Positions 9,818-20,307 of a stretch of DNA of 64,000 nt are shown one piece after another. Position numbers and translations under genes: made by a program. Numbering within the stretch: the first letter of the stretch is position 1; each line of letters begins with the position of its first letter. The DNA is from Candidatus Rokuibacteriota bacterium (lineage in GTDB: Bacteria; Methylomirabilota; Methylomirabilia; Rokubacteriales; CSP1-6), in the NCBI GenBank assembly GCA_003220535.1, contig QHSU01000057.1, positions 20,411 to 84,410 of the forward strand. Direction: 5' to 3'. The notes beneath the pieces were generated by a model. That model was not told the DNA's origin and did no database searches. It saw nothing but the letters and a program-made list of their open reading frames with translations.

Positions 9818-10863
9818 TCGTAGAGGAAGCAGCTCACGGCGTGCTGATCTCCGACCGGCCGCAGACTCGGCGCCAGTCGATCACACGTCCCCGCCATGAA
9901 GTCCGCGCAGCGCGGATGAAAGGGGCACCCGGTCGGCCGGTCATAAGGGTGCGGCACGGATCCCGCGATCGGGGTCAGTCGTTCTCGCGACCGTGACCGG
10001 ATGCGGGGGATGGACCGCAGAAGGGCCCGGGTGTACGGGTGCCGGGGCGCATGGAAGATCGCGTCGACCGGCGCCTGCTCGACCATGCGGCCCAGGTACA
10101 TCACCGCCACGTCGGTGGCCATCTCGGCGACCACGCCGAGGTCATGGGTGATGAGCATGATGGCCATCCCGTCTTCCTGCTGGAGCTGGCGCATCAGCTC
10201 GAGGATCTGCGTTTGGGTGGTGACGTCGAGCGCGGTGGTGGGCTCGTCCGCGATCAAGAGCGTCGGCTGGCAGGAGAGCGCCATCGCGATCATGGCCCGC
10301 TGACGCAGCCCCCCGCTCAGTTGATTGGAGAGCTGATCGACCCGCTGTTCCGGCGATGACACGCCCACTCGCCGCAGAATCTCGATGGTCTTGTCGCGCG
10401 CTTGTCGCCGACTGACCGGCTGGTGGAGGCGAATCGCCTCGATGATCTGGTTGCCGACGGTGTGGACCGGACTGAACGAGGACATCGGCTCCTGGAAGAT
10501 GAGGGCGATCTCCGCTCCGCGGATCGTCCGCATTTCCGGGCCGTTCGGCGCGAGCTTCGCCAGGTCGACCACCTGACCGCCCCCCGTCCCGCCGTCGGCC
10601 GCCGGCCGACGAAACTGGATCTCTCCTTCGACGATCCGGCCGGGCCGATCGACGATTCTCAGGATCGACCTGGCCGTGACGCTCTTACCGCAGCCGCTTT
10701 CGCCGACGATCCCCAGTGTTGCCTCCGGGTACAGGTCGAAGCTGACCCCATCGACCGCCCTCACCAACCCCTCGTCCTGCGGAAAATACGTCTTCAAATT
10801 CCGCACCGACAGCAACACCTCCCGCGGTGGGGACATCTCCGGTTCACGCACGCCGTCAACCAT
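9814..10863 (-). CDS. ABC transporter ATP-binding protein (OppD/DppD-like)
   Basis: Walker A is GESGCGKS, the signature is LSGGLRQR and Walker B is LLIADEP. The start is set at ATG 10863 (MVDGVRE...), because the longer track ORF would overlap the permease gene. Confidence 0.85.
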   Translation of the reverse strand: MVDGVREPEMSPPREVLLSVRNLKTYFPQDEGLVRAVDGVSFDLYPEATLGIVGESGCGKSVTARSILRIVDRPGRIVEGEIQFRRPAADGGTGGGQVVDLAKLAPNGPEMRTIRGAEIALIFQEPMSSFSPVHTVGNQIIEAIRLHQPVSRRQARDKTIEILRRVGVSSPEQRVDQLSNQLSGGLRQRAMIAMALSCQPTLLIADEPTTALDVTTQTQILELMRQLQQEDGMAIMLITHDLGVVAEMATDVAVMYLGRMVEQAPVDAIFHAPRHPYTRALLRSIPRIRSRSRERLTPIAGSVPHPYDRPTGCPFHPRCADFMAGTCDRLAPSLRPVGDQHAVSCFLYE

Positions 10864-10883
10864 CAAGTAGTCCGCGTTCGCGC

Positions 10884-11990
10884 CTACCGGCCATAGGGGT
10901 CGGCGGCGTCCCGCAGTCCATCGCCCAGGAAGTTGAACGCCATGACGGCGATGATCACGGGCGCGGCCGGGAGCATGAGCCAGGGGGAGATGGCGACCGT
11001 CTGGACATTCTGGGCCTGCTGCAACAGAACGCCCCAGCTGATCGCTGGCGGGCGCAAGCCCAGGCCGAGGAAGCTGAGCGCTGTCTCGCTGATGATCATC
11101 GCGGGCAGGGCCAAGGTGGTCGCCGCGATGATATGGCTCATGAACGAGGGCACCATGTGGACGAAGATGGTGCGCATCTGGCTGCACCCGACCAGGCGGG
11201 CGGACACGACGAAATCTTCTTCGCGCATGGCGAGAAACCGGCCGCGCACGACGCGCGCCAGCTCGGTCCACCCCAGCAGCGAGATGATGATGGTGATGGC
11301 GAAATAGACCTGCAAGATGGACCACTCGCGGGGGAGGGCCGCGGCGAGGCCCATCCACAACGGAATCGTCGGGATCGAGCGCAGAATCTCGATCGTCCGC
11401 TGGATCAGCGTATCGATGATCCCGCCGTAGAATCCCGAGAGCCCGCCCAGGACGACGCCCAGGATGAGGCTCACCGTGACCCCGAACAGCCCGATCGTGA
11501 GCGAGATGCGCGTGCCGTACATGAGCCGCGACCAGAGATCGCGTCCTTGCACGTCCGTGCCGAGCAAGAAGATCGTCTTGGTGGCGTCGAGGTCCCCATC
11601 AACGCCGATCAGATGGCGCGTCGTCGGGATCACGCCGAGGAATCGATACTCGAAGCCCTGGGCGAAGAAGCGAAGCGGGATTTTCTGGCTGGGGTCGGGT
11701 CGATAGACACGCTTGAAGGTCTCGGGGTCGCGGACGCCCTTGACGCCGTGGACGTACGGGCGGAACTGCCCGCCGTCGAACCAGTAGACGCGCTGCGGCG
11801 GCATCAGCCCGCGCTGCGCCTCGGAGGCATGGGGGTCAGCATAGGCGAGAAAGTCCGCGCCGAGCACGGCCAGATAGAAGCCGGCCACGACGACTGCGCT
11901 GGCCACGGCCACGCGATGCTTGCGGAAGCGCCACCACGTCAGCTGCCACTGCGAGGCCACGAAGACCCGTTGCTCCTGCGCGACGGCCAT
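10884..11990 (-). CDS. ABC transporter permease (OppC/DppC-like)
   Basis: Multi-pass membrane protein with the EAA-type BPD_transp_1 region (...ARLVGCSQMRTIFVHMVP...). The start at ATG 11990 overlaps the upstream stop (ATGA). Confidence 0.85.
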   Translation of the reverse strand: MAVAQEQRVFVASQWQLTWWRFRKHRVAVASAVVVAGFYLAVLGADFLAYADPHASEAQRGLMPPQRVYWFDGGQFRPYVHGVKGVRDPETFKRVYRPDPSQKIPLRFFAQGFEYRFLGVIPTTRHLIGVDGDLDATKTIFLLGTDVQGRDLWSRLMYGTRISLTIGLFGVTVSLILGVVLGGLSGFYGGIIDTLIQRTIEILRSIPTIPLWMGLAAALPREWSILQVYFAITIIISLLGWTELARVVRGRFLAMREEDFVVSARLVGCSQMRTIFVHMVPSFMSHIIAATTLALPAMIISETALSFLGLGLRPPAISWGVLLQQAQNVQTVAISPWLMLPAAPVIIAVMAFNFLGDGLRDAADPYGR

Positions 11991-12979
11991 CAGGTCTCCT
12001 CGAGGCGGATGCGGGGGTCGATCCACACGAGAAGAATGTCCGAGACGAGGGTGCCGATCACGGTCATCACGCCCAGCAGCAGGACGATCGTCCCCGCCAG
12101 GAACATGTCCTGCGCAATGAGGGCCTTGAGCAGCAGGGGCCCCACGGTCGGCAATCCGAGGACGAGGGAGACGATGATGCTGCCCGATACGATATAGGGC
12201 AGGGTGTAGCCGATCGTGCTCGCGAACGGGTTGAGGGCGACCCGCACCGGATACTTCGTGATCACCCTGAGCTCGGGCAGGCCCTTGGAGCGCGCCGTTA
12301 CCACGTAGGGCTTGCGCAGCTCATCGAGCAGGTTCGCCCGCATGATTCGGATCTGCTGCGCCGTCCCCGCCAGGCCCAGGATCAACGCCGGGATCGGCAG
12401 GTGCTTGAGCAGGTCCCACGATCGCGCCCAGCTCCAGGGGGCGTCGTTGAACTCCGGGGAGAACAGCCCGCCGATGTGGGCGTTGAACAGCACGAAGCCC
12501 AGATAGAGCAGCACGAGCGCCAGGAGAAAGTTTGGGACGGCGAGGCCGATGAACCCCACGAACGTCGCCAGGTAGTCGCCCATCGAGTACTGTCGGACCG
12601 CGGAGTAGATGCCGATCGGCAGCGCCAGCACCCACGTGAGGATCAGCGCGGCCACCGACACCACCACCGTCAGCCACAGACGCTCGCCGATCACCTCGGT
12701 GACGGGACGCCGCCACTCCATGGACATGCCGAAATTGCCCTGGGCGATCAGTCGCATCCACTTCAGATACTGCACGTAGATGGGCTGGCCGAGGCCGTAC
12801 TGGATCCGGAGGTTCTGCGCCTCCTCGTCGGTGACGACGCTGCCCATGGACGCCATCTGGGCGATGTACGAGGTGACGTAGTCGCCGGGCGGCAGCTGGA
12901 TGATGACGAACGACAGGACGGAGATCGCCCAGACGGTGAAAATCGCCAGGACGGCGCGGCGGCCGATGTACGCCAGCAT
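11990..12979 (-). CDS. ABC transporter permease (OppB/DppB-like)
   Basis: 329 aa. It has the typical N-terminus MLAYIGRR...FVIIQLPPGD and the ...YVVTARSKGL... motif. Confidence 0.9.
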   Translation of the reverse strand: MLAYIGRRAVLAIFTVWAISVLSFVIIQLPPGDYVTSYIAQMASMGSVVTDEEAQNLRIQYGLGQPIYVQYLKWMRLIAQGNFGMSMEWRRPVTEVIGERLWLTVVVSVAALILTWVLALPIGIYSAVRQYSMGDYLATFVGFIGLAVPNFLLALVLLYLGFVLFNAHIGGLFSPEFNDAPWSWARSWDLLKHLPIPALILGLAGTAQQIRIMRANLLDELRKPYVVTARSKGLPELRVITKYPVRVALNPFASTIGYTLPYIVSGSIIVSLVLGLPTVGPLLLKALIAQDMFLAGTIVLLLGVMTVIGTLVSDILLVWIDPRIRLEET

Positions 12980-13033
12980 GGGACGAAGCCCGGGTCACCG
13001 CTCGAGGCGCGGTGACCCGGGCGCGTTGGCCGT

Positions 13034-15085
13034 CTACTTCTTGTAGAAGAACGTCGCCGGCCGCGAGATTCCCGGGGTCTTGCCGTCCGGGCTGTTGTAC
13101 TGGCGCGACGGAATGTTGCCCATGTTGGTCTTGACGACGCGCACGCCCATGGAGGCCGGCCCCATGCCGATCACGCCGATGATGTAGACCTCCTCGGCGG
13201 CGATCTTCCAGACCTCCTTGCCGAGCTGGATCCGCTCCTTCTCGGGCACGCCGAAAGCCTTCTTCCATTTCTCCATCAGCTCGCGCATCCGCGGCTCCGG
13301 CTCCTTGCCCTGTGTGCCGGCGGAGTGGAACCACTTGACGTAGAGCGGCCCGGACGTGGCGACGGCAGCGAGCTCGAAGGGAAACACGTGGAGCGGGAAG
13401 GTGAAAAGGTGCTCGCTGCCGTCGTTGTTCCACGCGCCGAGCTGCTGCTCGTTGGCGGCGGTCCGCTTGAGGGCCAGGCTGCGCTCGACCTCCTGCACGA
13501 CGAGGTCGAGACCGATCTTCTTCCACTGCTCGCGGATCATCTCGGCGATCTGCGTGAACTGGACGAACTGGCCGCCGAGCGTCATGATCTCGATGCGCAG
13601 CCGGCCCTTGCCGTCCGAGCGCAGGCGGTAGCCCTGCGCGTCCTTCTTGCTGAGCCCGATCTTGTCGAGCATCTCGTTGGCCTTCTTGACGTCGAGCGTG
13701 GCCCACATCTTCCGGTACTGCGGACCCGGGTTGTACTTGTTGTTGTCCGCGGGCACCACGGAGCTGGGCGTGCCCGTTCCCAGCCAGAACGTCTCGTTGA
13801 TCTGGTCGCGGTCGATGCCGAGCGCCAGCGCGCGCCGAAAATCGGCCGTGTTGAACCACTTCGCGATCTCCGGGTCGGCGTCGTAGTTCAGGTTGAACTT
13901 GATGATCATGTCGCCGCCGTAGTCGCCGGGGTCGAGGTAGACCTTGTAGCCACCCTTGACCTGGTTCTCGATGAACACCGGCAACTTGCCGAGGTCGATG
14001 TGCCTCTGCTGGAAATCGTACTCGCCCGCGATCGCGCGCAGGTTGACGACTTCGAGATTCTCGGCCAGCGTCAGCACCACCCGGTCGATGTAGGGGAGCT
14101 GGTTGCCCTCCGTGTCCACGAAGACGCTATAGGGGTTGCGTTCGAGCGTCCACGTCGCCGTGTTGATCGCCGTCGCCGTCTTCCACGGCGAGAGCACCGG
14201 CAGGTCCGGGTTGAGCGCCCAGTCGTTCTTGGCCAGGAACATGCGCACCCAGCTGTCGAACTTCGCCTCCTTCACCTTCCGGTCCAGCTCGGCCTCTCCC
14301 ACGTACTTCGGGTGGAACTGCTTGAGGTAATGGGCGGGCGCGAAGCCGCCCATGCCCCGGTACGCGCTCCACTGGCCGCCGAGGTCGGTGGAGCCGGCCA
14401 GGACGTCGGGCAGCATGAAATAGGGCTCGGGGAACTTGAACCTCACCGTGTGGGTGTCGACTTTCTCGATGACGCCCTGCTTGCCGTTGATGGCCATGGC
14501 CGCCGAGGGGGTGGGGATCAGGTCCTTGTTCCGGTAGATGTCCTCGAACCAGAACACGAAGTCGTCGGCGGTGAACGGCTTGCCGTCGCTCCACTTCATG
14601 CCGCGGCGCAGGTGCAGGAGCCACGCGCGCCCGCCGTCCTGCATCTCGAGGCCCCTGGCGAGGTTCGGCATGACCTTGTCGCCCGTGTAGTCCCAGAACA
14701 TCAAATGATCCGGGCCCGAGCAGCACCGGTAGCCGTTCCAGAAATCGGCCGGCCCGGTGAAGCCGCCGCGCCAGGCGCCGCCATACTTGCCGATCTCGTG
14801 CAGCGGCTTGATCACCAGTGGGTCCTGGCCGACGCGCTCGGCCACAGGCGGCAGCTTGCCCGCCTTGACCAGCGCCGCCAGCTGCGGCGCTTCCTTCAGG
14901 CTCCTGGGGAACTTCGCGGGGTCGGTCACGACCTCCGGGCCTTCCAGCTTGCCGATCAAGCTGCTCTTGCCGCTCTGCGCGAGCGCCCCTGCGGCGACGA
15001 CCGCGCCGAGGGCCCCCACCACGAGAACGGCCGTGAGTCGCGATCGGAGCGTGCGTATCCACGGCGTGCGCCCAGGTTCCGTCAT
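13034..15085 (-). CDS. ABC transporter substrate-binding protein, family 5 (peptide/nickel type)
   Basis: The start is set at ATG 15085 (MTEPGRTPW...), which has a GGGAGG SD and a signal peptide. The size (683 aa) and its position at the head of the Opp-like operon support the call. Confidence 0.85.
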   Translation of the reverse strand: MTEPGRTPWIRTLRSRLTAVLVVGALGAVVAAGALAQSGKSSLIGKLEGPEVVTDPAKFPRSLKEAPQLAALVKAGKLPPVAERVGQDPLVIKPLHEIGKYGGAWRGGFTGPADFWNGYRCCSGPDHLMFWDYTGDKVMPNLARGLEMQDGGRAWLLHLRRGMKWSDGKPFTADDFVFWFEDIYRNKDLIPTPSAAMAINGKQGVIEKVDTHTVRFKFPEPYFMLPDVLAGSTDLGGQWSAYRGMGGFAPAHYLKQFHPKYVGEAELDRKVKEAKFDSWVRMFLAKNDWALNPDLPVLSPWKTATAINTATWTLERNPYSVFVDTEGNQLPYIDRVVLTLAENLEVVNLRAIAGEYDFQQRHIDLGKLPVFIENQVKGGYKVYLDPGDYGGDMIIKFNLNYDADPEIAKWFNTADFRRALALGIDRDQINETFWLGTGTPSSVVPADNNKYNPGPQYRKMWATLDVKKANEMLDKIGLSKKDAQGYRLRSDGKGRLRIEIMTLGGQFVQFTQIAEMIREQWKKIGLDLVVQEVERSLALKRTAANEQQLGAWNNDGSEHLFTFPLHVFPFELAAVATSGPLYVKWFHSAGTQGKEPEPRMRELMEKWKKAFGVPEKERIQLGKEVWKIAAEEVYIIGVIGMGPASMGVRVVKTNMGNIPSRQYNSPDGKTPGISRPATFFYKK

Positions 15086-15197
15086 GAAGCCTCCCTTTTT
15101 CGCGCTTGTTGAGACCAACGGGCTCGTGCCCTCAGCGGGCGCCTGATTATCGTGACATTCGAGTGGCAAGTCCAGGGTGGAACTGGTGGGCTCGTAC

Positions 15198-15226
15198 TTG
15201 GCTGGAATCCCACCGTCTCGTAAGAT
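15198..15226 (+). promoter_or_regulatory. Possible sigma-70 promoter TTGGCT-N17-TAAGAT for the alpha/beta hydrolase-M20 pair
   Basis: The hexamers were read directly. The element lies in the 218-nt divergent intergenic region, about 78 nt upstream of ATG 15304. Confidence 0.25.
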
Positions 15227-15303
15227 ACGCTCGCGCTGCCACAGAGGAGTCGGCGACTTCGGGATCACACATATGCAGCAACGACCTAGCCGGGAGGAAA
15301 GCG

Positions 15304-16056
15304 ATGCCAATCTTCACACGTCCTGATGCCGAGATCTACTACGAAGTCCACGGATCGGGTTACCCGCTGCTGCTCTTCGCGCCCGGGGGCCTGCGCTCTG
15401 AGCTCGAGTTCTGGCGCTCGAGCCCGAGCAATCCCTCCGCGCCGCCGCCGTGGATGAATCCCATGGTCGATCTCGCCGGCCGGTTCTCGGTGATCGGCAT
15501 GGATCAGCGCAATGCCGGCAAGTCGCGCGGCACGGTGACGTCGACACACGGCTGGCACACGTATGCGAGCGATCACCTGGCGTTGATGGACCACCTCGGT
15601 CATCGGCGCTTCCACGTCATGGGCGGCTGCATCGGCGGCACCTTCTGCCTGACGCTCTGCGAGATGGCGCCCGAGCGGGTGACCGCCGCCGTGCTGCAGA
15701 ACCCGATTGGCCTGCACGAGAACCGCGATACCTGGGACGAGGCGGTCACGGGCTTCGCCAAGACCATGCTGGCTCGCGATTCCACGCTGACCGAGGGCGT
15801 CATCAAGAAATTCGGCCACAACATGTTCGGCGGCGACTTCGTCTTCTCGGTGAGCCGCGAGTTCGTGCGTAGCTGCCGCACGCCGCTCCTGCTCCAGCCC
15901 GGCACCGACAAGCCGCATCCGGCCGAGACCAGCGCCGAGATCGCCCGCCTGGCCCCGAATCTCGAGATCCAGAAGGACTGGCGTGGCCCCACGCATCTGG
16001 CCGAGTCGATCCGGAAGGTCACCGACTTCCTGACCCGCAACGCGCCGTCGTCGTGA
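15304..16056 (+). CDS. Alpha/beta-fold hydrolase with Cys at the nucleophile elbow (dienelactone-hydrolase-like chemistry possible)
   Basis: MPIFTRPDAEIYYEVHGSGYPLLLFAPGG is a typical N-terminus. The nucleophile elbow reads GGCIGG (G-x-C-x-G) rather than G-x-S-x-G. A GGGAGG SD is present. Confidence 0.7.
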   Translation: MPIFTRPDAEIYYEVHGSGYPLLLFAPGGLRSELEFWRSSPSNPSAPPPWMNPMVDLAGRFSVIGMDQRNAGKSRGTVTSTHGWHTYASDHLALMDHLGHRRFHVMGGCIGGTFCLTLCEMAPERVTAAVLQNPIGLHENRDTWDEAVTGFAKTMLARDSTLTEGVIKKFGHNMFGGDFVFSVSREFVRSCRTPLLLQPGTDKPHPAETSAEIARLAPNLEIQKDWRGPTHLAESIRKVTDFLTRNAPSS

Positions 16057-17393
16057 ACGACGCGCTGACCGCTCAGACCGTAGAGCTGCTGCAGCAGCTG
16101 ATTCGCAACCAGTGCGTGAACGACGGCACCGTCGCCTCCGGCCAGGAGGTGCGCACCAGCGACGTGCTGCACGCCTACCTGGAAGGCAGCGGTCTCGACA
16201 TCGAAGTCTACGAGCCCGACGGGGCGCCGGGTCGCACGAGCCTCGTCGCCCGCATCGAGGGCAGCGATCCGGCCGCGCCCACGCTGTGCCTGATGGGCCA
16301 CACCGACGTCGTGCCCGTGACCCGAGCGAACTGGACGCGCGATCCGTTCGGGGGGGAGCTCGTGAAGGGCGAAGTGTGGGGGCGTGGCGCGATCGACATG
16401 CTGAACCTCACCGCCTCCCAGGCCGTCGCCCTCAAGACGCTGGCGCGGCGTGGGTGGCGGCCGCGAGGCACTCTGGTCTATCTGGCGTGCGCCGACGAAG
16501 AGGCCGGCGGCGCGCTGGGCGCCGGTCACGTGTGCAAGCGACACTGGGGCGCGCTCCGGGCTGACTACCTGTTGACCGAGAACGGCGGAACCGTCAGCGC
16601 GCGCGGCGACGAGCTGAACGTCACCGTGCACGTCGGCGAGAAGGGCGTGGCCTGGCGGCGCCTGCGCGTCAAGGGCACGCCCGGCCACGGGTCCATGCCG
16701 TATGGCGCGGACAACGCGCTCGTCAAGGCCGCTCACGTGGTCACGCGTCTGGCGGACTATCGGCCGGCGCCGTACGTCGGTGATCTGTGGAGCGCGTTCG
16801 TCGGCTCGCTCGATTTCGACCCGGCGGTGAAGGCCGCGCTCGTCGACCCCTCACGCGTCGACGAGGCTATCGCCAAGCTTCCCCAGGGCATGGCCAGGTT
16901 CGCGTGGTCCGCCACGCACACGACCTTCTCGCCGAACATGTGCCGCGCCGGCGTGAAGACCAACGTGATCCCCGACGTCGTCGACATCGAGGTGGACATC
17001 CGCACCATTCCCGGAGACAGCGAGGACGAGGTGCGCCGGCATCTCGACAAGGCCCTCGGCGATCTGTCCGAGGAGGTCATCGTCGAGAAGCTCTTCTCCA
17101 AGCAGGCGTCGGTGTCACCCACGGGGACGCCGCTCTGGGACGTGCTGGGGCGAGTGGTCGACGCGCACTACCCGGGCGCCAAGCTGCTACCACGCCTGCT
17201 CGTCGGGTTCACCGACGCGCCGTACTTCCGCGAGCACGGCGCGGTCGCCTATGGCTTCGGCCTGTTCTCGCGGGCGTTGACCGCCGAGGCGATGACCGGG
17301 CGCTTCCACGGCAACGACGAGCGGATCGACGTGGAATCGCTGGCGCTCACCACCCAGGCCTGGCTCGACACCTGCGAGCTGTTCCTTGGATAG
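16053..17393 (+). CDS. M20-family metallopeptidase/deacylase (ArgE/DapE/CPG2-like)
   Basis: 446 aa. It contains ...LMGHTDVVP... and ...GRGAIDMLN..., and has an M20 dimerisation-domain architecture. There is a GTGA overlap with the upstream gene. Confidence 0.8.
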   Translation: MNDALTAQTVELLQQLIRNQCVNDGTVASGQEVRTSDVLHAYLEGSGLDIEVYEPDGAPGRTSLVARIEGSDPAAPTLCLMGHTDVVPVTRANWTRDPFGGELVKGEVWGRGAIDMLNLTASQAVALKTLARRGWRPRGTLVYLACADEEAGGALGAGHVCKRHWGALRADYLLTENGGTVSARGDELNVTVHVGEKGVAWRRLRVKGTPGHGSMPYGADNALVKAAHVVTRLADYRPAPYVGDLWSAFVGSLDFDPAVKAALVDPSRVDEAIAKLPQGMARFAWSATHTTFSPNMCRAGVKTNVIPDVVDIEVDIRTIPGDSEDEVRRHLDKALGDLSEEVIVEKLFSKQASVSPTGTPLWDVLGRVVDAHYPGAKLLPRLLVGFTDAPYFREHGAVAYGFGLFSRALTAEAMTGRFHGNDERIDVESLALTTQAWLDTCELFLG

Positions 17394-17488
17394 GCGCCGC
17401 GCGCGATGGCCCCGCGCCGGATGGTAGCTTATGCTACGGCGGGCGACGAGAGTCGATCCGACATCCCCAACGAAGAGGAGATCTCTGC

Positions 17489-18595
17489 ATGACCGAGCCC
17501 GTTCCGACCGCGGTCACCCGACGCGGCTTCCTGAAAACGAGCGCGCTCGCTGCGGCAGCACCCCTTCTGGCCGGAGCGCCGCTCGCCTCGGCTCAGAGCC
17601 CGGTGCGCGCTGCGACCAAGGTGCTGGACTTCCAAACCCTCGCCGACGTCGCCAAGGCCGAGCAGGAAGGCGAGGTCGTCTACTACGGCCACGACGGCGA
17701 GGCCGGGATCGGCGTCCTGCTCGACTCGTTCAAAAAAGATTTCCCGAAGATCAAGACCAGTTACGTGCGGCTGCAGACCGGGGCGCTCTACGCGAAGATC
17801 ACCGCGGAGCGGTCGGCCGGGCGCTTCGGGGTCGACGTGCTGCAGCTCTCCGACATCTCGCCGGCCATCGACTTCCAGAAGAAGGGCGGGTGGGAGGTGC
17901 ACGTCTCACCGGAGCTCGCCGCATACAAGGCCGAGCACCAGTCGGGCCCCGCCGGTCACTACACCTGGGGCGGCGTCAGCTTCGCGGGCATCTCCTACAA
18001 CCGCGCCAAGGTGAAGCCGGAGCAGGCGCCGAAGACGTGGAAGGACATCCTCAACCCGGCCTTCAAGGACGGCATCAGCGCCAAGCTCGCCACCTCCGGC
18101 ATGCAGCACGCTCAGTGGTACACGCTGCGTAAGCTCTACGGCAACGACTTCTGGCAGGAGTTCGCCAAGCAGCGCCCCAAGGGGTTCGACGCCCGCGCCC
18201 AGCTCTTCGACCGGCTGTCCAAGGGCGACGACCGCATGTGCGTGCTCGCCGAGTACGCCGGCTACACGCTCTTCCAGGAGAAGGGCGCGGACATCGAGTT
18301 CGTGGCGCCGGCCGACGGATTACCGGCGACGGCCTTCTTCATCGGCGTCGTCAATCGCGCTCCCCATCCCGAGGCGGCCAAGCTCTTCGTGGACTGGGCG
18401 CTGTCCAAGCGCGGCCAGGCAGTCTACCAGAACCAGAAGATCCTCCTCTACGGTTCGCTGCGGACCGACGCCGGGCCGATGCCGACAGGCAAGCGGCTGG
18501 CGGACTTCAAGCTCCTCTTCCCCACGGACTGGAACGATTACGTGGCGAGCCACCCCGTGTTCGTGAAGGAGTGGAACTCGATCATGGGGTTGTGA
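17489..18595 (+). CDS. ABC transporter substrate-binding protein, family 1 (Fe3+/polyamine-type), Tat signal
   Basis: MTEPVPTAVTRRGFLKTSALAAAAPLLAG is a twin-arginine signal. A GAGGAG SD is present. A fused double permease and a PotA/FbpC-like ATPase follow. Confidence 0.75.
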   Translation: MTEPVPTAVTRRGFLKTSALAAAAPLLAGAPLASAQSPVRAATKVLDFQTLADVAKAEQEGEVVYYGHDGEAGIGVLLDSFKKDFPKIKTSYVRLQTGALYAKITAERSAGRFGVDVLQLSDISPAIDFQKKGGWEVHVSPELAAYKAEHQSGPAGHYTWGGVSFAGISYNRAKVKPEQAPKTWKDILNPAFKDGISAKLATSGMQHAQWYTLRKLYGNDFWQEFAKQRPKGFDARAQLFDRLSKGDDRMCVLAEYAGYTLFQEKGADIEFVAPADGLPATAFFIGVVNRAPHPEAAKLFVDWALSKRGQAVYQNQKILLYGSLRTDAGPMPTGKRLADFKLLFPTDWNDYVASHPVFVKEWNSIMGL

Positions 18596-20307
18596 GCCTC
18601 CGCGCTGTGAGGCATGTCGCGCGGGCCCAGTCCTGGTGGCCGGGCCCGCGCCTCGTGAGCTTGCTCGTCGGTGGGGGCGCCGCCGTCCTCGTTCTCTATC
18701 CGATAGCCTATCTCGTCCAGGCCTCGCTGAGTGTGGGCGATCCGCAGGCTCGCCCGCCCGAGGCCTACGGGCTCGCCAACTACGCGGACCTTGGCCGCTA
18801 CGCCCACATCTTCGGCAACACGCTGCTCGTCGCCGCGATGGCGACGGTGCTGGCCGTCGTCTTCGGGTTCACTATGGGGTGGATCCTCTCGCGCGCGAAC
18901 GTCCCCGGTCGTGCGGTGTTCGAGCAGCTCATGGCCCTGCCGTACTACGTGACGCCGCTGATGGGCGCGCTCGCCTGGGCGCTCATCGGCTCGCCGACGA
19001 GCGGGTTCGTCAACCAGATCTGGCGCGCGCTCGGGGGAGACGGCCACCTCATCGACGTCAACACGCCGTGGGGGATCGCCTGGGTGATGGCCCTCTTCGA
19101 GGGCGCGGTCGCCTTCGTGATGATCGGGGCGGTGATGAAGTCGATGGACCCCGCGCTAGAGGAAGCCTCCCAGGTCCTCGGCGCCAGGCGTGTGCGGACG
19201 ATGCTGCGCATCACGCTGCCGCTCGTCCTGCCCGGCGTGCTCGGAGCGGCCATCTTCGTCTTCGCCGAGATGCTGGGCTCGTTCTCGGCCGCGCTGGTCC
19301 TCGGCCTGCCCAACCGCTTCTACGTCGTGACCACCGCCATGTACCAGCTCGTGTCGCAATATCCGCCGCGCTTCCCGACGGCGGCGGCCATGGGCGTGTC
19401 GCTGTTCGCCGTGATGTTCGCGATGGTGTGGGTCTACCGTCGCATCGTGAGCGAGGGCAGCTACGCCACCATCACCGGCAAGGCGTTCCGGCCTCGCGTC
19501 ATGGACGTCGGGCGACTGCGCTGGCCGTTCCTCGGCATGTGCCTGGGATATCTGGGCGTCGCGGTGATCTTGCCCGTGCTGACGATCGTGTACGCGTCGT
19601 TTCAGCGCCTGACCACCGCGTTTCCCCGGCGCGACAACTTCACGCTCGCCAACTACGCGACCGCGTTGTCGCTCGACGCCGTGCGCTCGGCGCTCTGGAA
19701 TAGCCTGCTCCTCGGCCTGGCCACCGCGAGCCTCGGCGTCGTCCTGATGGGATTCCTCTCCTGGCTGATCTACCGCTCGCGCCTGCCCGGCGCCGGTCTG
19801 ATCGAATATCTCTTGATGTTTCCCCAGGCGGTCCCGCGCCTCGTCTTCGCCTTCGGGATGCTGTGGGCGTGGCTGGTCTTCCCGATTCCGATCTACGGCA
19901 CGCTGTGGCTCCTGCTGATCGCGTACCTCACGGTGTTCCTGCCGCTCGGGCTCCGGACGATCTCGGGCGTCATCTTACAAATCGACCGCTCGCTCGAGGA
20001 GTCCGCCCAGATGTGCGGGGCGACGTGGGGCTATCGCCTGCGCACGGTCACCATGCCGCTGCTCAAGCCCGGCCTGGTCGCGGCGTGGCTCCTGCTCTTC
20101 ATCGCCAGCGTCCGCGAGCTCGGCGCGTCGATCTTGCTGATGGGGCCGAAGTCCAAGGTCATCACCCCGGCCATCGTCGAGTCGTGGTTCTCGACCAGCT
20201 CGGAGCTCACGGCGGCTCTGGCGCTCTTGCAGACGCTGGCGGTGGCCGCGGCCCTGGCGATCATGTTCGCGGTGGCCCGCCGCGCCGTTCAGGCCGGAGG
20301 CGAGTGA
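18592..20307 (+). CDS. ABC transporter permease, two fused BPD_transp_1 domains (FbpB-like)
   Basis: About 571 aa with about 12 TM segments and two EAA-loop regions. The GTG start overlaps the SBP stop (GTGA). The exact start is uncertain. Confidence 0.8.
   Translation: MSLRAVRHVARAQSWWPGPRLVSLLVGGGAAVLVLYPIAYLVQASLSVGDPQARPPEAYGLANYADLGRYAHIFGNTLLVAAMATVLAVVFGFTMGWILSRANVPGRAVFEQLMALPYYVTPLMGALAWALIGSPTSGFVNQIWRALGGDGHLIDVNTPWGIAWVMALFEGAVAFVMIGAVMKSMDPALEEASQVLGARRVRTMLRITLPLVLPGVLGAAIFVFAEMLGSFSAALVLGLPNRFYVVTTAMYQLVSQYPPRFPTAAAMGVSLFAVMFAMVWVYRRIVSEGSYATITGKAFRPRVMDVGRLRWPFLGMCLGYLGVAVILPVLTIVYASFQRLTTAFPRRDNFTLANYATALSLDAVRSALWNSLLLGLATASLGVVLMGFLSWLIYRSRLPGAGLIEYLLMFPQAVPRLVFAFGMLWAWLVFPIPIYGTLWLLLIAYLTVFLPLGLRTISGVILQIDRSLEESAQMCGATWGYRLRTVTMPLLKPGLVAAWLLLFIASVRELGASILLMGPKSKVITPAIVESWFSTSSELTAALALLQTLAVAAALAIMFAVARRAVQAGGE

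Noticed and set aside
12321-15112. Long ORFs 12321..13859 (-) and 13325..15112 (+) overlapping the Opp-like permease and SBP genes.
   Set aside because: They are alternative-frame or antisense to genes with clear ABC permease and SBP features, and their translations are Arg/Gly/Asp-rich repeats. The same reasoning applies to 583..1527, 2919..3689, 3692..4720, 4890..5834, 10827..12197, 15600..16736, 20523..21503, 21410..23014, 30487..31848, 33048..34010, 39667..41520, 41739..42878, 45583..47262, 49530..50705, 52415..53641, 53259..54398 and similar ORFs.
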